Below the pieces are notes generated by a model. It did no database searches, was not told the origin of the DNA, and was given only the letters and a program-made list of their open reading frames with translations. A stretch of 64,000 bases of DNA from Chloroflexota bacterium (GTDB lineage: Bacteria; Chloroflexota; UBA6077; JAJPHF01): NCBI GenBank assembly GCA_035294645.1, contig DATGKN010000124.1, forward strand, positions 38,335 to 102,334, given 5' to 3'. Shown piece by piece: positions 54,629 through 64,000 of the stretch. The stretch's first letter is position 1. The number at the start of each line of letters is the position of its first letter. The position numbers and the translations under genes are program-made.

Positions 54629-55844
54629 TCTGGTGGCCAAGCTGCGCGCCTTTCACACCGTGGCCGGCCGATCCACCGCCGCGCCCCCGTCGCCGCCCGC
54701 GCTGCATGACCTGCTTGGCGGCCACGACGCGCCTACGCCCGAGGGCGATTGCTTCGTGGTCGAGCGCGCCTACCCCTTGGCCCACCGCCACGGCGCGCTG
54801 GAACTGGGCCACGGCTTCGCCCTGACCGGCCTAACGCGCCAGCTACTCGCCCACCTGGCGGGCGGGCCCTTCGACCCCGGGAGCGCGCTGTTTCTCGACA
54901 CCGAGACCACCGGCCTGGCCGGCGGCACGGGTACCTACGCCTTCCTGGTGGGGCTCGGCTACCGCGACGGCGACCGCTTCCTGGTGCGACAACTGTTCCT
55001 GCGCCACCCGGCCCACGAGCCGGCGCTGTTGCACGCCCTGGGCACCACGCTGGCGCGCTTCGCCACGTGGGTCACGTTCAATGGCAAAGCGTTCGATGCC
55101 CCGCTCCTCGCGACGCGCTTCCAGTGCGTGCGCCGGGAGCCGCTGCCGGCACCGGCGCGGCACCTCGATTTGTTGCCGTTAGCGCGACGGCTGTGGCGCA
55201 CCCGGCTGCCTAGCTGCGCCCTCGGCGTCCTCGAGCGCGCGCTGCTGAGCGTCGAGCGGGGCGACGACATCCCCTCCTGGCGGATCCCCGAGGCCTACTT
55301 CGCCTACGTGCATCGCGGCGAGGCTGCCGTATTGCCGGCCATCTTCGCGCACAACGCGGCCGACATCCTCAGCATGGCCGCGCTGCTCGGCTACTGCGAT
55401 GCCGCCATCCGCGCGCCTCACTCCCATGCCAATCGGCTCGATCCCCTGGCACTGGTGCGCCTGCTCCACCGAGTCGGCCTTGTCCACGACGCACTGGCGT
55501 GGGGCGAGGCGGCGCTCGCCGCGCTGCCGGCGGACGAACAGCGCCCGCTGCGCTGGGAGTTGGCTCGCCTGCACTACCGCCACGGGGCCGCGGCGATGGC
55601 GGTCGCACACTGGCGTGCCCTAGCCACGGGTGGCGGTCCTTGGGCGGTGCGCGCCTTCGAGGCGCTAGCTCGCCACTACGAGCGCCGCGAGCGCGACTAC
55701 GCGGCGGCCCAGCGGGTAACGGCCGCCGCGCTGACCGCCCTTCACCTCTGCCCGGGGGCCGCTAGCCCCATGGCCCATGAACGGCTGGAACGGCGGCTTG
55801 CGCGCTTGTGGTTTCGTAGCCGACTAGCAGCCCGTTCCCGCTAG
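54618..55844 (+). CDS. mrfB: RNase H-like DEDD exonuclease with TPR-like tail (MrfB/YprB-like)
   Basis: FLDTETTGLAGG.GT..FLVG, TFNGKAFD, HLDLL, HNAAD. Overlaps the helicase stop. Confidence 0.9.
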   Translation: MPTDLVAKLRAFHTVAGRSTAAPPSPPALHDLLGGHDAPTPEGDCFVVERAYPLAHRHGALELGHGFALTGLTRQLLAHLAGGPFDPGSALFLDTETTGLAGGTGTYAFLVGLGYRDGDRFLVRQLFLRHPAHEPALLHALGTTLARFATWVTFNGKAFDAPLLATRFQCVRREPLPAPARHLDLLPLARRLWRTRLPSCALGVLERALLSVERGDDIPSWRIPEAYFAYVHRGEAAVLPAIFAHNAADILSMAALLGYCDAAIRAPHSHANRLDPLALVRLLHRVGLVHDALAWGEAALAALPADEQRPLRWELARLHYRHGAAAMAVAHWRALATGGGPWAVRAFEALARHYERRERDYAAAQRVTAAALTALHLCPGAASPMAHERLERRLARLWFRSRLAARSR

Positions 55845-55854
55845 CGCCCCCGAG

Positions 55855-57357
55855 CTACACCGGTTTGGTGGCAAGTACCCGTTCGTGCAGCTCGATCGCG
55901 CTGCGATAAGTCTCAGGATCGGTAAGGTTGCGGAACTTCTTGGCGAACTCGATCACCCCCTGCAGCGTCACTCGCCCCGCGCGCACCATCTCCATGAGCT
56001 GGCTGCGGCTCATGTGGCACTCGCGGTACAGCTGCACGTACCGCTCGATGAACTCGCGGATCGGCAGTGCTGTCGGCAGCACGGGGTGCAGGAAGTCGAA
56101 GTAACGACGGTCGGTCGTGATGAGCTGTTTGTAGTACTTCTTCCAGTCCACGGTGCCCGGTAGCGGGGTATGGATGGTGAACTGGGGGCACTCGATGTTG
56201 AGGCGCTTGTTGTATTCGATGAGGCGATCGAAGCGATCGTGCAGCCAATCCGCGAAGACGATCTGCGCGCCCCAGATTTTCACCTTGAGCGAGTGTAGGA
56301 AGTTGATCGCATCTTCGTTGACGTCGACCTTCGACCCCTTGTTCACGCGCTTGAGCTCGGCCGGATCGTCGGACTCCAAGCCGATCAGCACCATATCGAG
56401 CCCCGCCTCGGCCCAGGCAGTGTACAGCTCCTTGTTGCGCACGATGTTATCAGCGCGGCACTGCATCCAGAAACGTCGCTTGTTGCCACTCTGGATCAGA
56501 GCCTGAGCGAGCTTCCAGGCATCCGACTGCCGGTAGTCCTCGTGCGGCATCACCTGGATAGCCAGGTCGTCGACGATATTTACGTAGGCGCCGTCCGGGA
56601 TGCGCATGATCTCCTCGAACGTGCGCTCCCAGCCCTCGACCTTGTAGACGCCGTGATGGAACTGCCATACAGAACAGAAGCTGCAGCGGAACCGACAGCC
56701 ACGTGCCGTCTCGATCGAGTAGGGCCGACGGTAGTACAGGAAGTAGTAATGATCGCGGTATGGGTCGCACAGCTCGCGAAGTGGCAGCGGCCGGCGGTTC
56801 ATCTCATGTGAGTTGTGTAGGACCGTGTTCACGATCGGGCGCGGCACCACCGTGGTTTTGAAGGTACCATCCGCATCCCGGTAGTACATGTACGGAACGC
56901 GAGCCAGCGACCCACCCGTACCCAGCTCGCGCACGATCAGCGGGAAGATATCCTCGGCTTCGCCGTAGGCGATCCCGTCGATCTCGGGGATGAACAGGTC
57001 CTCCGGGCTAAGCGAGATATGGTGCCCACCGACCACGATCGGCACCTGGGGATCGAGCCGTTTCACCTCGCGCGCCAGCTCGGCCACCACCGGCACGTCG
57101 GTGGTGTAGCCACACTTGATCGCCACCAGCTGCGGCCGAAACTCCTCCATCGAGGCGACGAGATTCGCGCCGGGCGTGCGCAAGTCGACCAGCCGCGACT
57201 CCGCGACGTCCTTCACGGACCCGGCCAGGTATTCCGGGCCCAGCGTCTCGACCCGTACCGTATCGTTGAAGCCAGTGCTGTACCCACTCTGCGGTTCGAC
57301 GAACAGGATGCGTTTGATCGCGGACTCGATGAAGCGCTTGCCAATGATCTCGACCAT
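55855..57357 (-). CDS. B12-binding (class B) radical SAM protein, HpnR-like
   Basis: N-terminal B12-binding domain (VVGGHH, YGEAE), CxxxCxxC in ETARGCRFRCSFC, VDD, IGLES, TPLPGT, FDFLHPVLPT.LP. Confidence 0.9.
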   Translation of the reverse strand: MVEIIGKRFIESAIKRILFVEPQSGYSTGFNDTVRVETLGPEYLAGSVKDVAESRLVDLRTPGANLVASMEEFRPQLVAIKCGYTTDVPVVAELAREVKRLDPQVPIVVGGHHISLSPEDLFIPEIDGIAYGEAEDIFPLIVRELGTGGSLARVPYMYYRDADGTFKTTVVPRPIVNTVLHNSHEMNRRPLPLRELCDPYRDHYYFLYYRRPYSIETARGCRFRCSFCSVWQFHHGVYKVEGWERTFEEIMRIPDGAYVNIVDDLAIQVMPHEDYRQSDAWKLAQALIQSGNKRRFWMQCRADNIVRNKELYTAWAEAGLDMVLIGLESDDPAELKRVNKGSKVDVNEDAINFLHSLKVKIWGAQIVFADWLHDRFDRLIEYNKRLNIECPQFTIHTPLPGTVDWKKYYKQLITTDRRYFDFLHPVLPTALPIREFIERYVQLYRECHMSRSQLMEMVRAGRVTLQGVIEFAKKFRNLTDPETYRSAIELHERVLATKPV

Positions 57358-57728
57358 CTGGGCGACCCTCCGTACTCTCCTCCGCCGAGGCCTGCGCCGC
57401 GACGTCAGCCTCGCGCCGGCCCGCGATCGACCGTTGTCGCGCGTGTCCTCCAGAGGCGTGCGGGCCGCCGGCGCTCACGAGGACAGCCGCACACCTGGTC
57501 CAGTGGCGACGCACCCGCCGTGCGCCACGCCTCCAAATCCGGTCCATTATAAACCGCTGGCTCGATGCTTCTACGCGCAAGATGTATACCGTGTGCGCCG
57601 TGCGCTCACTCCCTAGCTGTGCCAATAAACGAAACTCGCGCGCCGATGTTACACTGCAGGGCGTGGCCATCGAGAGGTCTTGCACAGCCAGACGCGCGGG
57701 CCGGACTCAGGCGGTCGCCCCGGACACC

Positions 57729-58340
57729 GTGCCCGCGCTCCCGATCGTACTGGCGTCCGGCTCCCCACGGCGCCGCGCCTTGCTGGCCCGCACCGGGCTG
57801 CCCTTTCTTGTGGCAGCGCCGACTATCGACGAATCCCCGCAGGCCGGCGAAAGTGGGGAGGCCCTGGCGCGGCGCCTGGCACGCGCCAAGGCGCTGGTGG
57901 GGGCCGCACGCTACCCCGGCGCGATCGTGGTGGCGGCTGACACGGTCGTGTTGCTCGACGGCCAGCTGTTGGGCAAGTCGGCCGATATCGCCGAGGCGCG
58001 CACCATGCTCGAGGCGCTGCGCGGCCGACCGCACACGGTGACCACCGCCGTGTGCGTGGTGCGTGGGGCGGATGCGACGCTCCGGCTGGCGGCGCTGACC
58101 ACCCGCGTGTGGATGCGCCAGTACAGCGACGCGGAGATCGCCAGCTACATCGCCAGCGGGGACCCGTTCGACAAAGCAGGGGCCTACGCCATCCAGCACC
58201 CACGCTTCCGCCCTGTGGCCCGCTGGCAGGGCTGCTACACGAACGTCGTGGGCCTGCCCCTCTGCCTCACCGCGGCGCTGCTGCACAGCCTCGGCGTGAG
58301 GTTGCCGCGCACGCGGCTGGTCGCGGCAGACCACGCGTAG
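57729..58340 (+). CDS. maf: Maf family nucleoside triphosphate pyrophosphatase
   Basis: IVLASGSPRR..LL, LARAKA, AADTVV..DG..LGK, DKAGAYAIQ, NVVGLP. Start uncertain. Confidence 0.92.
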   Translation: MPALPIVLASGSPRRRALLARTGLPFLVAAPTIDESPQAGESGEALARRLARAKALVGAARYPGAIVVAADTVVLLDGQLLGKSADIAEARTMLEALRGRPHTVTTAVCVVRGADATLRLAALTTRVWMRQYSDAEIASYIASGDPFDKAGAYAIQHPRFRPVARWQGCYTNVVGLPLCLTAALLHSLGVRLPRTRLVAADHA

Positions 58341-58348
58341 CGCGCGCA

Positions 58349-60862
58349 CTAGGAGCCGGAGAACCGCGGCACCGCTGGCGCGGGGTTGGTGGGGGCGGGC
58401 GGCGCGCCGAGCGCGGGCGCCTGGGGCGCGCTGGGCACGGCAGTTGGCGCCGCGGCGACGGGCGGCTCGGCCACCGCCGGGCCGCGGGCACCCGCGCGGG
58501 AGGATTCGCCGGCACTGGTGGCTGGCGCGGCGCTGGCGGCCGACGGCCCGCTGCCGGCCGCTGGGGGCGGAGCCACGGCACCACGCGCGGCACCGGTCGC
58601 GCCCCCGCCTGGGGCGTTGCTGGCTGGCGCCGCAGGCGCCGCCCCACTGCTGGTCGAGGAACCGGTCTGCGCCGCGGGCCCGCCGGTCGGCTGGGTGACC
58701 GGCGTCGGCGGCGCCGCGCTGCTCGCCTGGGTCGCCGAGGCGGTCGCGCTGGTGGTCGCTGGCCGGTTGGAAGCGCGGATCTCCTCGGCCACCCCGGGCG
58801 GCGCGCCGCGCACCCCGACCACTACCAAGTTCTGCGAGGGCTCGTAGTGCGTCTGCAGCCGCAGGGTGCGCACTTGGTCTCCCTCCTTGACCGTCCGGAC
58901 GAGCAGGGCATCGAACCCCTCGCCGGCCGACTCGACCTGCAGCTGCTGCCCCCAGGGCAACGTCGGCTCGGGATAGCGCACGACATCGTAGTTGGGCGCG
59001 CGGCGGTTGGTGATCGTCGGCCCCTCCACCGTTACCGTCCAGGTCGGCTTGTTCCCGTACAGGCTGATATACAGCGTCGAGTCGTCGGTCACCGCCTGGA
59101 TCAGCAGGTAGTCCGGGCTGTTGTTCACGAAGCGGAAGTCCAGCCCGTAATCCTCATCGACCGTGGCGTCGAGCCCGACGCGCCCCAGCGGCGGCGCTCC
59201 GTAGGCGGGGATCCAGTAGAGGTGGGCGTGGCGCTCCTCGATCTGGTAGCCGGCCCAGAACACCGGCTGGAACAGCGTAGTGGCCACCTGACAGATGCCC
59301 CCCGCCACGGATGGCACCGTCGCGTGGCTCCCGTTGCCGGTAGCGGCGATGCCCCACCCCACCTGGTAGCCATTGTCCAGCGTGGTCGGCCCTAGCTCGG
59401 TATTGAACGAGAACATCGCCCCGGGCGGCACTACCACGCCGTGGAGCCGCTGCGCGGCCAGCTTGATGTTGTGGATCTTCGGCGGCGACGACCCGGCGAA
59501 GCGCGTCTGCCCGCGCTGGATCAGCTCGCGGATGCCGAGTTGATTGCGCTGCTCGCTGGTCACGGCGGGCTGCGTGATCTGCGCAGGCACCACGACCTCG
59601 CGCTCCCCACGCTGGCCCATGGCCCGCTCGACCGCCTCGGCCAGGGCGCGCTGGTCCACCGTGCGTCCCTCCCGCGCCTCGCGCAGGACGCGGAGCTCGC
59701 CGCTGACGAACTCGAAGCGCGCGTTGAGCGCCGGCTGATTGATCTGCTGGACCGTGGGCGCGAGCGCGCGCAGCAGCACCTCGCGGTTGATGCGGGCCCC
59801 CTGGGGGCGTTCCGCCGAGCCCACCCACTCCACGGCCGCGACCAGGTCCTTAGGCTCCAGCGTCCAGGTGTCGCTGCCCAGCCGCAAGACCACCGGCGCC
59901 CCGAGGTACGTCTCCGCTTGCTCGCGGGCCGTCGCCAGCTCGGCGTCGGGCACCTGCGGCGGCGTCTCCTCCACCACCAACGACACCACGGGGGTCCCCT
60001 CGACCAGCAGCGCGCTCTGCAGGCGAGCCAGCGACTGCTCGATATCCAGCCGGCGCCCCGTCTGGGCCGGTGAGTAGCGCACGGCGCCCCCAGGATCCAG
60101 GGCCAGGCGGGCATCGCTCACCGGCCGGTCCAGCTCGCGGGCGATGTCGGTGAGCAGAGCACGCGCCCGCGCGCTGTCGAGTACCGCGCCGGTCTGCGGG
60201 ATGTCGCGTACGCCCGTGAGCACGCGCAAGGGCAGCGTCAGGCGCGCTAAGGGATTGCCGTCGCGCCCCATCCGGTACGCCGCCTCGGCTATCGGCCCCA
60301 CATCCAGTTGCCATCCCAGCGCCTCGGGCGTGGTACGCCACTCGTGCTCCGCGAACCGCAGCACGATGGGAGCCTGGCGAAACTCCGCCAACCGCACGCT
60401 GAGGGCAGCCTGGGCCTCGTCGAGCCGCTTGCCGCCCAGCTCGACGCCCAGTGCGCGCACACGGGGATAAACACGCCCGGCGTAGGCCACCTCGAGCAGC
60501 GCGCTCGCGGCGACCAGGAGCAGCACGGCGCCGATGAGCGCACCGAGCGCCAGGCGCCGCCAGGGCCAGTAGGACTGCAGCTCCACGGCCAGCGCGCGGC
60601 TGTGGAGCCACCACTCACAGACCTGGCCGACCGCGGCTCTCGCGCGCTGCGGCTGCAACCGCTGGCCCGCCCCCGCCAGGACCGCCCACAGGGCCGAAAG
60701 AGCCGGGCGCCCGCCGCGCGCGGACCGCCGCCGGCGCGGCGCGAAGGAGGGAAACACCCCGCCACCGCGGACGATGTACTCCGTCTTCCGAACTTCCACG
60801 CCTCGCACTATCCCTGCATCGTCACGGTCCACACGACCGGCGGTGGCGCGGTGAGAGCCCAC
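58349..60862 (-). CDS. VanW family protein with PG-binding-4-like repeats and a Pro/Ala/Ser/Thr-rich tail
   Basis: TM helix, GRVYPRV...GVELGG, repeated P..A.l....G......GR.lD motifs, VanW core NIKLAA..L.G.VV.PG..FSFN, GGICQVATTLF, DATV, DFRF.N. The real start may be GTG 60799. Confidence 0.88.
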   Translation of the reverse strand: MGSHRATAGRVDRDDAGIVRGVEVRKTEYIVRGGGVFPSFAPRRRRSARGGRPALSALWAVLAGAGQRLQPQRARAAVGQVCEWWLHSRALAVELQSYWPWRRLALGALIGAVLLLVAASALLEVAYAGRVYPRVRALGVELGGKRLDEAQAALSVRLAEFRQAPIVLRFAEHEWRTTPEALGWQLDVGPIAEAAYRMGRDGNPLARLTLPLRVLTGVRDIPQTGAVLDSARARALLTDIARELDRPVSDARLALDPGGAVRYSPAQTGRRLDIEQSLARLQSALLVEGTPVVSLVVEETPPQVPDAELATAREQAETYLGAPVVLRLGSDTWTLEPKDLVAAVEWVGSAERPQGARINREVLLRALAPTVQQINQPALNARFEFVSGELRVLREAREGRTVDQRALAEAVERAMGQRGEREVVVPAQITQPAVTSEQRNQLGIRELIQRGQTRFAGSSPPKIHNIKLAAQRLHGVVVPPGAMFSFNTELGPTTLDNGYQVGWGIAATGNGSHATVPSVAGGICQVATTLFQPVFWAGYQIEERHAHLYWIPAYGAPPLGRVGLDATVDEDYGLDFRFVNNSPDYLLIQAVTDDSTLYISLYGNKPTWTVTVEGPTITNRRAPNYDVVRYPEPTLPWGQQLQVESAGEGFDALLVRTVKEGDQVRTLRLQTHYEPSQNLVVVGVRGAPPGVAEEIRASNRPATTSATASATQASSAAPPTPVTQPTGGPAAQTGSSTSSGAAPAAPASNAPGGGATGAARGAVAPPPAAGSGPSAASAAPATSAGESSRAGARGPAVAEPPVAAAPTAVPSAPQAPALGAPPAPTNPAPAVPRFSGS

Positions 60863-61044
60863 CCGTTATCATACCGAGCCAGCGCCAACTTAGCAGAAAA
60901 CGAGACGCACCGGCAATCTGGACACCGCTGACCGAAATCTTGGGCGCGCCGCGATAGTGGCGGCACTGGGCACGAGTCGCAAGGTCGCACGATTCATGCC
61001 CTAGCTACTCGCTCGGCGCGCCGCGCCCCCAGGAGCAAACCACG

Positions 61045-62037
61045 ATGGCCCTGTTGCGCCTAACCCTCGCTTGTGGCGACTACGACCGCACGCGCGCCCT
61101 GCGGGACGGCACGGTGCGGGTCGAGGGCGTGGAGCTGAACTACCTCCCGATGGGCCCCGAGGAGGCCTTCTGGCGGATGGAGCAGTTCGAGGAGTTCGAC
61201 GCCTCCGAGATGTCGATGGGCAACTACATCATCGAGCGCGGGCGCGGCTCCGACCGCTTCATCGCTATTCCCGTATTCCCTTCCCGCAGCTTCCGTCACA
61301 ATGCGATTTACGTCAACACCGATGCTGGTATCGAACGACCAGAGCAGCTCAAAGGCAAGCGGATGGGCGTGCCGGAGTACAACGTGACCGCCGCCGTGTG
61401 GGTGCGGGCGCTGCTGCAGCACGACTACGGCGTCCGCCCCGAAGACATCCGCTGGTTCCAGGGCGGGCTGCACGACCCGGGCCGCGCCGAGAAGGCCATG
61501 GGCACGTTGCCCCCCGGGGTGCGCGTCGATCCTATCCCCCCGGGCAAAACCCTCGACGCCATGCTGGAGGCAGGGGAACTAGACGCGGTACACGCGCCTC
61601 GTATGCCGAACTGCTTCGCGCGCCGGTCGCCGCGCGTGCGCCGCCTGTTCCCCGACTTCCGCGCCGCGGAGGCAGAGTACTATCGCCGCACGCGCATCTT
61701 CCCGATCATGCACACGATCGTCATCCGCCGCGAGGTGTACCGCGCCAATCCCTGGGTGGCCGAGAGCCTGTACAAGGCGTTCGCCGAGGCCAAGGCGCGC
61801 TGTATGGCCGCGCTGTACAACACGGCCGCCCTGCCCTACATGCTGCCCTGGATGATCGAGGAGTTCGAGGCGGCACGCGAGCTGATGGGCGACGACTACT
61901 GGGCCTACGGGTGGGAGCCCAACCGCCATGTGCTGGAGGCCTTCACCCAGTACGCTTACGAACAGGGGCTCACTCCTGAACGCCTGCCGCCCGAGACGTT
62001 GTTCGCCCCCTCGACCCTGCAGACGTACAAGGTCTGA
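61045..62037 (+). CDS. 4,5-dihydroxyphthalate decarboxylase-like / type II substrate-binding-fold protein
   Basis: LACGDYDRTRAL.DG.V, FDASEMS, IPVFPSRSFRH, GVPEY..TA.VW.R, FPIMHT. No signal peptide. Confidence 0.85.
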   Translation: MALLRLTLACGDYDRTRALRDGTVRVEGVELNYLPMGPEEAFWRMEQFEEFDASEMSMGNYIIERGRGSDRFIAIPVFPSRSFRHNAIYVNTDAGIERPEQLKGKRMGVPEYNVTAAVWVRALLQHDYGVRPEDIRWFQGGLHDPGRAEKAMGTLPPGVRVDPIPPGKTLDAMLEAGELDAVHAPRMPNCFARRSPRVRRLFPDFRAAEAEYYRRTRIFPIMHTIVIRREVYRANPWVAESLYKAFAEAKARCMAALYNTAALPYMLPWMIEEFEAARELMGDDYWAYGWEPNRHVLEAFTQYAYEQGLTPERLPPETLFAPSTLQTYKV

Positions 62038-62043
62038 GCGCGC

Positions 62044-64000
62044 GTGGCAGCCACGGCTATCCGTTCGACGGCGACCCCACTGTGGGGCGTGCCCGCGCCG
62101 GCCCGGATGCCTGGCTGGCGGCGCTGGCTGCCGGACGCGATCCTGCTCGCCGCGCTGGGGCTGCTGCCGCTGCTGCGCTTCTGGCCGCTGTTCGCGCCCA
62201 ACCCGCGCGACCAGATGACGCTGGTCGAGGGCGATTTCAATATCGAGTTCTTCCCCCAGATCCACGCCATCAGCACCATCGTGCGCGGCGGCGAGCTACC
62301 GCTGTGGAACCCTTGGTCCGACGCCGGGCAGCCGCTGATGGCCGACCCGCAGATGGCCATCTGGTACCCGCTGAACTGGGTACTGCCGTGGCTGGTGCGC
62401 GACATCGGCGCCAGCTCGCTGGTGGCGCTGGAAGCGCACACGGTGCTCCAGCTCGGCCTGCTGGCGATCACCACCTATCTGCTGGGCCGTGTGGTGATCG
62501 GCTCCCGGCTCGGCGCGCTGGCCGCCGCACTCGTGTTCGCCTTCTCGGGCCTCATGACCAGCTACCCGGTCCAGCAGGTGCCGATCATGCGCTGCGCGGT
62601 GTGGTTCCCGCTGCTGCTGCTGTGCCTGATCCGCGCGCTGGATCGGTTCAGCCTGCGCTGGGCGCTGGCCGGCGGGCTGGCGCTGGCGCTGGCCATCCTG
62701 GCGGGACACCCGCAGCTCTTGCTGTTCCAGCTCTACGGCCTCGCGCTGTACGGCGGCTACCGCCTCTGGGAGCTGCGCCGCGCCCCACGCGCGGTGGTGC
62801 ACGCGACCCTGTTGGGCGCGGTGATGGGCATCGTGGGGCTCAGCGTGGCGGCCATCCAGCTGGTGCCCAGCCTCGAGTTCCTCCAGCTCTCCGATCGCGC
62901 CACCAGCAGCTACCAATTCACCGCCGACGGCTTCAGTCCCTTCGAGTTGGTGCTGGACAGCCTGGCGCCGCGGATCCTCGGCGGCGTGCCCCTGTACGTC
63001 GGCATCTTGCCGCTGCTGCTGGCGGCCACGGCCGTGGGCGGCGTGCGCCACCGGCTGGTGCCCTACTTCGCCCTGCTGGGCGCGCTCGGCCTCGTGGTCT
63101 CGCTCGGCGGGCACAGCTTCGTACACAGTGTGCTGTACCTGTTCGCGCCGGGCTTCGCGCTGTTCCAGCACCAGGAACGCGCCATCTACCTCTATGTCTG
63201 CGCCGTGGCGCTGCTGGCCGGCTACGGCGCCGCGTGGTTCGAGCAGCCGCTGGGCCAGACCGCACGGCGGCGCCTGCTGCTGGTCGGGCGCGTGGTGGTG
63301 GCCGGGCTCATCGCCGCCTTGGTCGTCGCCGCGGTGCTGTACGCCGGCTGGCTGCTAGTGGAGGGCACGCCCCGCGCGGCCCGCTGGCGCGCGGCGATCG
63401 ACTGGTGGAACTGGTTCGTGTTGATGCTCGCCGCGGCGTTGGCGCTACTCGCCCTGCGGCTCGGCTGGCGCCACGGCCGCGGGCTGTTGCGGGTCGCCGG
63501 CCCGCTGCTGATCGGGCTCGACCTGTTCACGGTCGGCTGGGGGGTGAACCTGGCGCCGCGCCCGCCCGACCAGGTGTTCGTACCCTCGGAGATCGTGCGC
63601 TGGTTGCAGGCTGTCCGCGAGCCGTATCGCCTCGACGATCGCGGCGTGCTCAACGGCAACAGCGGGCTCGTGTACCTGCTGCCGTCGGTCGACGGTGCCT
63701 ACGGGATGTTCGTGGCCCGCTTCTCGATGCTCAAAACCGTGCTGCCACCGCACGAGCTGTGGAAGCTGCTCAACGTGCGTTTCGTGGTCACCCGCGAGCC
63801 ACCGTGGCCTGGGGTGGAGGTGGCCATCGAGGAACCGTATCTGGAACACACCAACCGCGTGTTCGTGCTGCACGACGTGCTGCCGCGTGTCCTGGTGGTG
63901 CCGCGCGGCCGGGTGGTGAGCGACGCGGAGGCGCTCGCGCTGCTGCGCGCGGGGCAGCTCGACCTGCGCCAAGAGGTGCTCCTCGCCGAGGCGCCGCCGC
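62044..64000 (+). CDS. YfhO-family multi-pass membrane protein (GT-C-like); 3' end lies outside the window
   Basis: Manual translation gives GELPLWNPWSDAGQPLMADPQMAIWYPLNW, LAGHPQ, AAIQLVPSLE, LYVGILPL, FQHQER, LLNVRF, with many TM helices. No stop found before the window end, so it is absent from the ORF track. Confidence 0.85.
   Translation, partial: MAATAIRSTATPLWGVPAPARMPGWRRWLPDAILLAALGLLPLLRFWPLFAPNPRDQMTLVEGDFNIEFFPQIHAISTIVRGGELPLWNPWSDAGQPLMADPQMAIWYPLNWVLPWLVRDIGASSLVALEAHTVLQLGLLAITTYLLGRVVIGSRLGALAAALVFAFSGLMTSYPVQQVPIMRCAVWFPLLLLCLIRALDRFSLRWALAGGLALALAILAGHPQLLLFQLYGLALYGGYRLWELRRAPRAVVHATLLGAVMGIVGLSVAAIQLVPSLEFLQLSDRATSSYQFTADGFSPFELVLDSLAPRILGGVPLYVGILPLLLAATAVGGVRHRLVPYFALLGALGLVVSLGGHSFVHSVLYLFAPGFALFQHQERAIYLYVCAVALLAGYGAAWFEQPLGQTARRRLLLVGRVVVAGLIAALVVAAVLYAGWLLVEGTPRAARWRAAIDWWNWFVLMLAAALALLALRLGWRHGRGLLRVAGPLLIGLDLFTVGWGVNLAPRPPDQVFVPSEIVRWLQAVREPYRLDDRGVLNGNSGLVYLLPSVDGAYGMFVARFSMLKTVLPPHELWKLLNVRFVVTREPPWPGVEVAIEEPYLEHTNRVFVLHDVLPRVLVVPRGRVVSDAEALALLRAGQLDLRQEVLLAEAPP

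Noticed and set aside
58349-58770. Apparent repeat region at the 3' end of vanW
   Set aside because: It is a low-complexity Ala/Pro/Ser/Thr coding tail, not a periodic DNA repeat or CRISPR array.

Overview
A very GC-rich (visually about 70%), gene-dense segment of a bacterial chromosome that looks like core genome. The gene content suggests a Chloroflexota-like monoderm; this is inference from the alaS/baseplate-J-like/ruvX/mltG order, the Ycf45-like AAA-R3H protein and the NFACT-remA-gmk-priA order. About 57 CDSs tile the window: oppF/oppD, gcvT-H-PA-PB, a MoxR-DUF58-transglutaminase triad, secA, prs, mobA, cobO, a DivIVA-like protein, UbiD, PrpF, cysteine desulfurase, acnA, MscS, pyrG, tmk, pdxST, two TrkA proteins, HNH, trmD, alaS, ruvX, mltG, NFACT/rqcH, remA, gmk, priA, cobU, SOD, an mrfAB-like helicase/exonuclease pair, an HpnR-like B12 radical SAM enzyme, maf, VanW and YfhO. 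I saw no tRNA, rRNA, CRISPR array, transposase or prophage. The best leads are an orphan membrane-anchored baseplate-J-like gene inside the alaS-ruvX-mltG operon, a nearly uncharged secreted Gly/Tyr-rich protein, an HpnR-like methylase with a four-hairpin leader, several long structured leaders (prs, pyrG, trkA, sod), and a UbiD/PrpF divergon beside acnA. All product calls come from motifs recognised by eye, with no database search. Several starts were moved from the ORF track to RBS- or overlap-supported codons.
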